A DNA stretch of 64,000 bases from Bdellovibrionales bacterium GWA1_52_35 (lineage in GTDB: Bacteria; Bdellovibrionota; UBA1018). The stretch lies in contig MEPO01000027.1 of the NCBI GenBank assembly GCA_001769805.1, forward strand, positions 75,276 to 139,275, written 5' to 3'. The position numbers and the translations under genes were made by a program. Positions 1-7,961 of the stretch are shown here, one piece after another. Within the stretch, counting starts at the first letter, position 1, and each line of letters opens with the position of its first letter. A model generated the notes under the pieces. The model saw only the letters and a program-made list of their open reading frames with translations. It did not search any database and had not been told where the DNA came from.

Positions 1-15
1 CATATAATCTCCCGA

Positions 16-2160
16 TCAGGGTTTCGCGCCAAAAAGACTCCGCGAAATTCGCATACCTTTAGCTTCCATCTCTTCCACGAATTTCGGAATGAATCCGGTA
101 GGAACAAACCGGCCGATGATCTTCCGTTTTTTGTCCAGACTTTCCTGTTTGTACAGAAATATGTCCTGCAGACTGATCACATCCCCCTGCATCCCGACCA
201 CCTCGGTAATGTGCGTGACTTTCCGGGTGCCATCACTCAAACGGCTTTGCTGAATGATCAGGCCGACGGCGGAAGCGATATTTTCGCGAATGGCTTTGGC
301 GGGAATTCCCAGCCCGGCCATCATGACCAGCGTTTCCAGGCGGGCAATGCACTCACGCGGATTATTCGCATGAAGAGTGGTCAGCGATCCGGAATGTCCC
401 GTATTCATCGCCTGCAGCATATCCAGGGCTTCACCCCCGCGGCACTCGCCGACCACGATACGCTCAGGCCGCATCCGGAGACAGTTCTTGATCAGGTCGC
501 GGATACTGACCTCGCCCTCGCCTTCAATATTCTTCGTGCGCGACTCCAGACGAACGACATGGTCCTGTCCGAGCTGTAACTCTGCAGAATCTTCCACTGT
601 AATGATGCGTTCCGTGGCGGGAATGAAATTGGAAAGCACATTGAGCAGCGTCGTCTTGCCGGAACCGGTACCGCCGGAGACGACAATATTCAACTTGGCC
701 TCAACACAGGCCCGAAGGAAGTCTGCAATTTCGTCGGTCATCGAGCCAAAGCCCACCAGATCCTTGACTTCAATCCGCTTCTTGGGAAATTTACGGATGG
801 TAATGGTCGGTCCACGGAGCGCTAGTGGCGGAATAATCACATGGACGCGCGAACCATCGCGCAGACGCGCGTCGACATAAGGAACTTTTTCGTCCACCCG
901 GCGCCCCAAGGGGGTGACAATACGCTCAATCACGTTCATCATCTGATGCTCACTGCTGAAAGTCACCTTCGACATCTGCGGCTTCCCGTTGCGTTCCAGA
1001 TAGATCTGGTCGCGCGCGTTGACCATGATTTCCGTCACCGAATCATCCGCCAGAAAGTCCTCCAGCGGACCAAGACCGAGTGCCTCATCCAGGACTTCCT
1101 TCACCAGCTGGGCTTTGCTTTCACGCGTCGGACACAGAGAAGATGTGTCTTCGCCATTCAGAATATCGAGAACACCTTTCTGGGTTTTTTCCCTCAGAAT
1201 AGCCCGCTGCTTGGAGTCATTGGTATCCGTGGTCATCTTTTTGAGATCCATCTGCTCCACGAGCGCTTTATGAATGCGGAGTTTCATTGAAGTCCACGGA
1301 TCAATGGCACCGTTAATACTGCGGGCATTCTGGCCATTTTCCGTAGTAGTCAGGTTATTCGCCGCTGTCGCTTTTGCCGCCACCCCCGTGGGTTTCTTCA
1401 GCTTCACGAGGCTCTCAAAAAGATTGACCTGCTGAACCCTTCGGACGATTTCGTGATAGCCTTTGGCGGCCGGGGAATTGGGTGCCCCAATACACAAGGG
1501 AATACTCTTGGCCAGGGAGCTGTCACAGGAGGCCGCATCCTCCAGAATAGCCGCAAAAACCTGCCGATTCAGATTCTTCTGGATCATGGGAAGCGTGACC
1601 ACACTGGCGGGCTGATAGCGATTGACGACGAGCTGAACCATTTCCGGGGGGAACAGAAGTTCCTGGATCCTGGCCAGGACCCGCTTTGTCTGGTTGAGGA
1701 CAATCACGTCGGCCATGGTGACGACGAAAATCGCGGTCGCATATTCCAGTGTCTTCAAAGCCCAGGGTTCCGTTCCCGAACCACAATCCACGACGATCAG
1801 GTTGAACACGTTGGTAATCGCTTTCAGAAATCGCCCATACCCGTCCATGTCAAAATCCTGCACCATCACCGAGTCACGAGGCGCACCAATGAAGCTGAAG
1901 CCCGCCGGAGCGTTCACCATGAAGGGACCCAATGTTTTGGGATCGATGGAAGGTACCTGCAGCTTCGAAAGATCCACGATCGTTCGCTGCGGATTCAGGC
2001 CCAGAATGATATTCTGATCACCCAGGGAATTGAAATCGAGATCAACAATGAGCGGCCGCTGATGAAATTCCTGCTGATAGGCGATCGCGAGATTGGCCGC
2101 AAAAATGCTTTTGCCGACCCCGCCCTTTCCGCCTACCACTGCTACAATGTGTCCGGCCAT
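16..2160 (-). CDS. cpaF: Tad pilus CpaE/TadZ (MinD/ParA-like) - CpaF/TadA ATPase fusion
   Basis: N-terminal deviant Walker A GGKGGVGKS with MinD-like features; C-terminal VirB11/TadA ATPase with GGTGSGKT, TVEDSAEL, LRMRPERIVVGECRG and AMNTGH; lies in a Tad operon. Confidence 0.93.
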   Translation of the reverse strand: MAGHIVAVVGGKGGVGKSIFAANLAIAYQQEFHQRPLIVDLDFNSLGDQNIILGLNPQRTIVDLSKLQVPSIDPKTLGPFMVNAPAGFSFIGAPRDSVMVQDFDMDGYGRFLKAITNVFNLIVVDCGSGTEPWALKTLEYATAIFVVTMADVIVLNQTKRVLARIQELLFPPEMVQLVVNRYQPASVVTLPMIQKNLNRQVFAAILEDAASCDSSLAKSIPLCIGAPNSPAAKGYHEIVRRVQQVNLFESLVKLKKPTGVAAKATAANNLTTTENGQNARSINGAIDPWTSMKLRIHKALVEQMDLKKMTTDTNDSKQRAILREKTQKGVLDILNGEDTSSLCPTRESKAQLVKEVLDEALGLGPLEDFLADDSVTEIMVNARDQIYLERNGKPQMSKVTFSSEHQMMNVIERIVTPLGRRVDEKVPYVDARLRDGSRVHVIIPPLALRGPTITIRKFPKKRIEVKDLVGFGSMTDEIADFLRACVEAKLNIVVSGGTGSGKTTLLNVLSNFIPATERIITVEDSAELQLGQDHVVRLESRTKNIEGEGEVSIRDLIKNCLRMRPERIVVGECRGGEALDMLQAMNTGHSGSLTTLHANNPRECIARLETLVMMAGLGIPAKAIRENIASAVGLIIQQSRLSDGTRKVTHITEVVGMQGDVISLQDIFLYKQESLDKKRKIIGRFVPTGFIPKFVEEMEAKGMRISRSLFGAKP

Positions 2161-2175
2161 TCCCGATAATCCCCT

Positions 2176-3834
2176 TTATTTCACTTTCACACGGAAATTT
2201 TTGCGAAGATCCTCTGTGCCATCGGAGGCGTTGTCCACGATTTGCGGGGTGACAAAGATGACAAACTGGGACTTCGATCGATTATAACCCTTTGAACGGG
2301 TCAGGTTGAACAATTCTTCGGTATTCTGGGCAAACTGCCCGGTATCCGGAGTTTTATTGAATACCGTCTTCACGCGGGAAGAATTGATGGCCGCTACGGC
2401 GGCGCTTTCGTTGGATTTGACATAAAGCTTCGTGGTGACCTTGTGGGTCGCCACGATCGGCGCGCCCGAGGCGCCCTGGGATACGAGTTCATTTTCGAAC
2501 ATGTCCAGGTCCAGCTGAATGTCCTCGCTCGACCCCAGGATCATCGGTGTCGCAGAAACTTCAAGACCCACTTTTGCCGAGGCGGCAGCTGTTTGCGTAC
2601 CGCTTTGGACCAGATATGGAATTTCTGTGGTTTGATTGAGTTTTGCCTGCTGCCCGCTACGGACAATGATCGTTCCGGTGTTGAGGACCCGGGCATATCC
2701 GGCATCCTGCGCGCTCTTCAATTTCGGGAAGAGACTGGAAATGGTCGCACTGAAAGAAGCACCGGTGCCGCCGACACCACCAGTGCCGGTACCAATGGTA
2801 AATTGATCCGAACCGCTGGTGAAACCAGGGCGCCAAACAAAGCCGAAGGCTTTGCTGTAATCCTTTGAAAGCTCCACAAAATGAATGGTGACACGAACGA
2901 GCCGCTCTGCTTTCTTCGGAGGTGGAGGGCTGACCAGAATGAAATTCTGAATCATGGCTCCGGCTTTTCCCTCAAGCTTTTTTGCATCTCTTTCCACGGT
3001 CGTAAGAGGATCGGCGGGCTTGGGGTCGGGCAGATAAAGTTCCGCGACTCTTGTCGCACGCTGGGCCTTGTCCAGACTGTCTACCGTTCCTTCCAGAAAT
3101 ATTTTCCCGTTCACGACCCGGGTTTTCACATTCTCCGCGAAGACATTGATGTCTTCCTGGATTTTTCTCGCCAAAACCTGCATTGCCAGAGGTGAAAGCA
3201 CCATGAGATTGATCACCCAGGAACCGTAGGCGGAATCACTGATGACCCGAAGCACCCTTGTATAGTCACCTGGCACGAGCACTTCACCTTCAACGATTAC
3301 CTTCATGCCGACCACTCGGATTTCGACACCTTCGACATCCCGAACCAAATTGCGGATTTCTGCGGCAATCCGGTACACATTGGCTGCCGTCACCCGAACG
3401 GTGAAGATCACCTTGATCGTACCCTCCGGATCACGGACGGTCACGGTTGTGGTGCCTTCTTTCGCCGGTCGGAATACGATCTGGTATTTGCCGCCAATAT
3501 TACCCACAATCGGCACCACGACGTCCGGTTTGGCAACCGAGACCTGCAGTTTGGGATCAGGAATTTCGAAATCCAGATCAACCACTTTGTCTTCGACAAT
3601 ACTGAGCACCAGCAGTCGCCGATCGGCGGTTTTTTCTGATTCATCAGAGGTATGCCTGGAACGGCGAAATTTTTTCTTTTTGCGGGCGGACGCCGGTTTT
3701 TCATCGGCGGTTCCCGCTGCTGCACCGGGGCCCGTTGCCGAGGGGGGTGCGTCTTCAGCATAGGATGGCAGCGCTGCCATTACCAGCAGTGAAACCATGC
3801 CTGAAATCAGAAACCGCTTCATTTGGATAAACAT
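2176..3834 (-). CDS. cpaC: Tad secretin CpaC/RcpA with N-terminal pilus-formation and BON-like domains
   Basis: Signal peptide MKRFLISGMVSLLVMAALPSYA; 'GTTTVTV' N-domain; BON-like 'VVNGKIFLEGTVDS'; secretin features (V..HFVELSK, C-terminal FVIFVTP). Start moved to ATG 3834 (GGAG upstream); 3822 is possible. Confidence 0.85.
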   Translation of the reverse strand: MFIQMKRFLISGMVSLLVMAALPSYAEDAPPSATGPGAAAGTADEKPASARKKKKFRRSRHTSDESEKTADRRLLVLSIVEDKVVDLDFEIPDPKLQVSVAKPDVVVPIVGNIGGKYQIVFRPAKEGTTTVTVRDPEGTIKVIFTVRVTAANVYRIAAEIRNLVRDVEGVEIRVVGMKVIVEGEVLVPGDYTRVLRVISDSAYGSWVINLMVLSPLAMQVLARKIQEDINVFAENVKTRVVNGKIFLEGTVDSLDKAQRATRVAELYLPDPKPADPLTTVERDAKKLEGKAGAMIQNFILVSPPPPKKAERLVRVTIHFVELSKDYSKAFGFVWRPGFTSGSDQFTIGTGTGGVGGTGASFSATISSLFPKLKSAQDAGYARVLNTGTIIVRSGQQAKLNQTTEIPYLVQSGTQTAAASAKVGLEVSATPMILGSSEDIQLDLDMFENELVSQGASGAPIVATHKVTTKLYVKSNESAAVAAINSSRVKTVFNKTPDTGQFAQNTEELFNLTRSKGYNRSKSQFVIFVTPQIVDNASDGTEDLRKNFRVKVK

Positions 3835-3847
3835 ACGCTCCGTTTCA

Positions 3848-4690
3848 TCACCTTTTGGCCGGCACTCGTTGAACACGCCCGGCATCCGCACCCAGAACAT
3901 CCATCAGCATCACTCCTGGCAGATTAACCCGCTCGGTATCGTCATTATTCCGCAAAGAGAGCGTGAGCAGGTTTTCACCGCTGGCCGAGAGTAAGGCCAG
4001 CATCTGCACCTGCGCGGGCTCAACCTCAAGAGTGACGGAATTGAAAGTGAAGTCCTCCGCCAAAGGTCGGACCCGGTCCCTGCCTCCAGTGGGATCCGCT
4101 TCAATCACGCGCGGAACGTTATTCGTGACACTCCGACCGACAGCGAGCACCACAATATCCTGCAAAACTGTTTTGACGATCTTGGTATCCTTGCCGCCAC
4201 TGTCAATCACGGCAATCAGGTCGACCCGATCGCCCGGTTTGACGAGTTTGCCGATACTTGTGGTCTCACTGATACCGATCGAAACCGCGCGTCTCCCCGG
4301 CGCGACCTGGGGCGCCAGTCCGGTACGAATTCCTGGATGAGTCATTTTGTTCAATGTGATCTGCTCGCCCTTTTTGATCGGAACCATGGCGACACTTCCG
4401 GCCAGACTCTTGATGACCCGGGTCCCCTCGAGCTCAGATTCCTCCTGCTTTTCGCGTTTTGCGAACGAAACAGCGGAGGGCTCCAAGAACGCCCTGGGGA
4501 TGACCGAAAGCTCGATCATGGTCTCATCAATCGTCTCCGTATCCTTGATGTCGACCTTGGCTTTCAGGACATTGACTTCCGTTCCGAATTTCTTCTTCTG
4601 ACCCTCTTCCAGACTGCCGATGTAACTCTGCACAAAGAGCACTGCGAGAACACCCATAATGAGAGAGAGAGTCACTGCTCTGTTATTCAT
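3848..4690 (-). CDS. cpaB: Flp pilus assembly protein CpaB/RcpC (SAF domain)
   Basis: N-terminal TM; GRRAVSI, GKLVKPGDRVDLI, VLQDIVVLAVG, VTLEV and LSLRN motifs; ATG 4690 with GGAG RBS overlapping the upstream stop. Confidence 0.93.
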   Translation of the reverse strand: MNNRAVTLSLIMGVLAVLFVQSYIGSLEEGQKKKFGTEVNVLKAKVDIKDTETIDETMIELSVIPRAFLEPSAVSFAKREKQEESELEGTRVIKSLAGSVAMVPIKKGEQITLNKMTHPGIRTGLAPQVAPGRRAVSIGISETTSIGKLVKPGDRVDLIAVIDSGGKDTKIVKTVLQDIVVLAVGRSVTNNVPRVIEADPTGGRDRVRPLAEDFTFNSVTLEVEPAQVQMLALLSASGENLLTLSLRNNDDTERVNLPGVMLMDVLGADAGRVQRVPAKR

Positions 4691-5228
4691 TGTATCTGCT
4701 CCTGCAAAGTTCAAATTTTGAAGCTTCTCCCAACCCGTAAGGACCGCTGGCCGTATAGACTTTTCTGTCCGGTGATTGAACCGGCAGGATGGGCCTGCCA
4801 TCCGCAAGAACGTTTTGCTGTGTACACATGGATACGGTACTGCGGACGCGGATCTTGGACCGTTCCGGCGGAGTCATCCGATCCTCACTGCCCTGAACGC
4901 CGGGGCGAGTAATCGAATAGTTCATGGACATAGGGGGGCTTCCATCGAGAATTTCAATCGCCGAAACTCCGATGATCATCTGGTTGTATCCGATGTTGGT
5001 GAGATCGTTTGTCCGCAGAGCCATGCCCGGGAAATAGGGACTGTTCATGGCCAAAGCAAGCGCGTGAGAGCGTGAATATTTTTGATTGACGAGCGAAATT
5101 TGAATCACCGTGTTGATCTTGATCATCAGCATGGTGAGGATCACCATCATGGGGAGCATCAGGATCAACTCCAGGACACTCTGTCCACGGGTACTCTGCT
5201 GTTTATGGCTATGCGACTTAACAGCCAT
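4683..5228 (-). CDS. TadE/TadF-like pseudopilin
   Basis: Prepilin motif RGQSVLEL followed by a hydrophobic helix; within the tad operon. Confidence 0.75.
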   Translation of the reverse strand: MAVKSHSHKQQSTRGQSVLELILMLPMMVILTMLMIKINTVIQISLVNQKYSRSHALALAMNSPYFPGMALRTNDLTNIGYNQMIIGVSAIEILDGSPPMSMNYSITRPGVQGSEDRMTPPERSKIRVRSTVSMCTQQNVLADGRPILPVQSPDRKVYTASGPYGLGEASKFELCRSRYNE

Positions 5229-5757
5229 TATCGATGATCCCCTTTTTTGCTCCCATTTCCTCACTGCATTCCTGATAAGATGGTTCTCTCCCCAACCAGC
5301 TCTCTGAAGTTAAAGTCAGCTGATTCGCTGCATCACCTTTGGGCGTCAGGCCCGCAAACGGCAGCAGAAAAAGCTGGCTCTTGAATCTGTATCGGACTCC
5401 TTGCATCCAAACTGTATCGAAATTCGCCGGATCATAACGCGGATGGTTAATCTGGAAGCCTTTGATATCACTTCCCTCAAAGCCCTTTGCCACCCAGGGA
5501 TACCGGTCTGTGCCATTCCCTTTGTTCTTCACTGTCGCCAGGATGATTTCCTGGGCATTGGCGATCTGCTCGTCGGGTGTACTTCCTGCAGAGAGATAGG
5601 CCCGGGCCGACATGAAAGTGGCGTATTGCACATAATTACTGAACCCGAAGATCAGTCCGAGCCGCAGAAAAAACATCGAGAAACTCATGAGTAAAATCAA
5701 GACGAGCGCGAACTCCACCGTGGATTGTCCTGCCTGTCTTTCTTTTTTCAGACTCAT
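5218..5757 (-). CDS. tadE: TadE-like pseudopilin
   Basis: AGQSTVEFALV prepilin motif, TM helix, then YATFMSARA (TadE-like A...AR); GTG 5772 is an alternative start. Confidence 0.85.
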   Translation of the reverse strand: MSLKKERQAGQSTVEFALVLILLMSFSMFFLRLGLIFGFSNYVQYATFMSARAYLSAGSTPDEQIANAQEIILATVKNKGNGTDRYPWVAKGFEGSDIKGFQINHPRYDPANFDTVWMQGVRYRFKSQLFLLPFAGLTPKGDAANQLTLTSESWLGREPSYQECSEEMGAKKGIIDNGC

Positions 5758-5768
5758 TTCACACCTTC

Positions 5769-6059
5769 TCACCGGGGATTGATAAACAGCCGAAAGCTAT
5801 TCATTCCGCCATCTTCCGCTCGCGGATGATTTTCGGAAGTACCCTCATCATTACTGCGACCTTTGGGATGCCCGACCTGATAGGCATTTTTGTAATCCTC
5901 CTGGATCGGTTTCAGCATTTTTTCGCCGAGCTGAAACGTCGTCAAGGAACGGACGAACGCGATGTAGGCAGAAAGCAGGATGATCAGCAGAAGGATGTAT
6001 TCGAAAGTAGCCTGACCGGCCTGTCTTCGTTTTTTCAAAACCACGGAAACACCCCCCAC
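5769..6059 (-). CDS. Small Flp/TadE-like minor pilin
   Basis: KKRRQAGQATFEYILLL prepilin motif plus hydrophobic helix; exact start uncertain. Confidence 0.75.
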   Translation of the reverse strand: MGGVSVVLKKRRQAGQATFEYILLLIILLSAYIAFVRSLTTFQLGEKMLKPIQEDYKNAYQVGHPKGRSNDEGTSENHPRAEDGGMNSFRLFINPR

Positions 6060-6589
6060 TTCTGCAGAGGATGGTCAAACAGGACCCAGACTGCCGCAAT
6101 CGCGATCGGAATGCCGAAAGGCATCGTCAATTTGCGATCGACCACGGGAGCCTGGATTTCCAGTTCACGGATGAAAACCGAGAGAAGAAAACGGTATAGG
6201 CGGCGTGAAAAATCAGGCAATCGGCCCTTTGCGAGCAGAAGAAGCGCTGCCAGAACGCCTCCCAGCAGAATGGAAAGAATCGCTGTTTCAAAAACATATT
6301 TCGGATCCGTCCAGGCTCCGAGCGCCATCAGAAGTTTCACGTCACCGCCACCCATCACCCGAAGCGCAAAGAGCCAGCCGAAAAGCACGAGCCCGGCAAC
6401 TGCCCCCAGTAACCCCGTTCCCAGGCCACTGAAGCCAGAGACATAAAAGGAAGCGACCAATCCGAGGCAAAATACCGGCAGCGTGAACCAGTTGAAAATT
6501 CGGCCCCAGACCAGATCAGTAAACAGCGCCACCAGCGAAATCAGAGGAATCGCATAATAAATGACAAGCTCAGTTGTCCCGCCAGACAT
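6035..6589 (-). CDS. cpaA: Prepilin peptidase CpaA/TadV (A24 family)
   Basis: Polytopic membrane protein with TD..W.RI.N, GGGDVKL (catalytic Asp residues) and C-terminal MPFGIPI. Confidence 0.93.
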   Translation of the reverse strand: MSGGTTELVIYYAIPLISLVALFTDLVWGRIFNWFTLPVFCLGLVASFYVSGFSGLGTGLLGAVAGLVLFGWLFALRVMGGGDVKLLMALGAWTDPKYVFETAILSILLGGVLAALLLLAKGRLPDFSRRLYRFLLSVFIRELEIQAPVVDRKLTMPFGIPIAIAAVWVLFDHPLQKWGVFPWF

Positions 6590-6797
6590 TGACTGGAATC
6601 CTCCCGGTCTTGAGATCCTTCTCGAGTTGTGAACCCAGCTTCAGCATTCCACGGTCTGTCAATCGCATGATGATCCGAACCACGGCCATCACCGCGACAA
6701 TCGTTACGGTCAGAATGAGGATATACTCGACCGTCGTCTGACCTCTTTCGTCGTCAAACAAGGACCGAGAAAATTTTGGAATGGATGCTGTACCCAT
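6570..6797 (-). CDS. flp: Flp family pilin 2
   Basis: DDERGQTTVEYILIL Flp motif; about 75 aa; ATG 6797. Confidence 0.8.
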   Translation of the reverse strand: MGTASIPKFSRSLFDDERGQTTVEYILILTVTIVAVMAVVRIIMRLTDRGMLKLGSQLEKDLKTGRIPVNVWRDN

Positions 6798-6862
6798 CGT
6801 TCTACCCGCAGTGGGCCCCAATCCCATTCTAGCAAATCATGAAAAAGTGTATGGAGAGCGGA

Positions 6863-7045
6863 TCAATTGATATCCTGCATGGCTTCGCCCATCTTGCCAT
6901 CCAGAACATTCAACATACCCGAAAGCTTACCGCCAAATTCCTTCTTGAATCGCAGCGCGACGAGAACCACCACGGAGAGAATGAGAATATACTCCGTCGT
7001 CGACTGTCCGCGATCGTCCCCCCACAAAGCTTTTAAAAAATTCAT
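6863..7045 (-). CDS. flp: Flp family major pilin
   Basis: 60 aa, MNFLKALWGDDRGQSTTEYILIL; purine-rich RBS (GGGAG); first gene of the operon. Confidence 0.9.
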   Translation of the reverse strand: MNFLKALWGDDRGQSTTEYILILSVVVLVALRFKKEFGGKLSGMLNVLDGKMGEAMQDIN

Positions 7046-7072
7046 ACCCTAGCTCCCTCTCTCTCTACTTTC

Positions 7073-7099
7073 TGATCGGCTAAGAGCCCAAGAAGATGA
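7073..7099 (-). promoter_or_regulatory. Putative sigma-28 (FliA) promoter of the flp/tad operon
   Basis: TCAT-N15-GCCGATCA versus the TAAA-N15-GCCGATAA consensus; 27 nt upstream of the flp ATG. Confidence 0.55.
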
Positions 7100-7211
7100 G
7101 AGAAATTAAAGAATCCTCAAACCCCACAGGAATTCTACCTTAATTTTCTAACACTAAACAAAAACAGTCAAGAATAGAGTTTCTCATAAATATTTCTTTA
7201 ATTCTAAGCAC

Positions 7212-7961
7212 TTAAAAAAACATTACCATGCCGGTTGCGTTCTCCTCGAACTGGCACTCGCTCAGAACGGCAGTAATCTCGCGAGCAGGTTCCTGAACAC
7301 CGGAAATCTGCCTGGAAATCTGTATGGAACCGATCGTCTGTACTGCTTTTGATCCCAAACCATCGGTTTGCAGCAGTATCCAATCCCCTTTTTTAATACG
7401 ATACTCCATGATCTCCGGCTCAAGGTCCTCCGCCATTCCCAGCGCAGCCAACGGGATATTTAAGGCTGGACTCGCTTGCAGTGAAAGCGGATCGATCATT
7501 CGGGCATAAGTCCGAGGGAGGACGAGTTCAACTGGCTGTCCGTTCCGAAAGAGCCAGGCAGAACAGGATCCGACATTCGCCAGCGCCAGAAGATCGCCAT
7601 CGAGAAAAGCAGCGAGCACTGATGCGCCGCCGCGTTCATGAGTTCCTTTGTCGTGATTCATTTCCAGAATTTTGAGATTGGCGTGAATGAGTGCATTGAA
7701 CAGAACGTTTCCTGCCAATGAGAAATAGGACCGCAGAACGAAAGGCAGGGTGGCTTCCCGATCTCCGCCTTCTTTTTTCAGAAATCCCCGGACCGTCTCG
7801 CAGGCAAGCTTGGAGGCGCCCACCCCGGCGACCGGTCCCCCAAAACCATCCGCAATAACAAAAATTCCATTATCCTTCACCTCAAGCGCGTGGTCCTCCT
7901 GCAACTCGCGCCGGCCCCGATCCGAAAACATTGCGATTGCGTGCACAGGAAGTCTTCTCAT
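7212..7961 (-). CDS. PP2C/PPM-family Ser/Thr phosphatase-like protein (divergent motifs)
   Basis: GRRELQED, IADGFGG, ANVGSC, LLQTDGL and ENAT align with PPM motifs 1, 2, 5, 8 and 11. Confidence 0.85.
   Translation of the reverse strand: MRRLPVHAIAMFSDRGRRELQEDHALEVKDNGIFVIADGFGGPVAGVGASKLACETVRGFLKKEGGDREATLPFVLRSYFSLAGNVLFNALIHANLKILEMNHDKGTHERGGASVLAAFLDGDLLALANVGSCSAWLFRNGQPVELVLPRTYARMIDPLSLQASPALNIPLAALGMAEDLEPEIMEYRIKKGDWILLQTDGLGSKAVQTIGSIQISRQISGVQEPAREITAVLSECQFEENATGMVMFF

Noticed and set aside
7053..7066. (CT)n microsatellite
   Set aside because: Short; it is the purine-rich leader/RBS of flp on the minus strand
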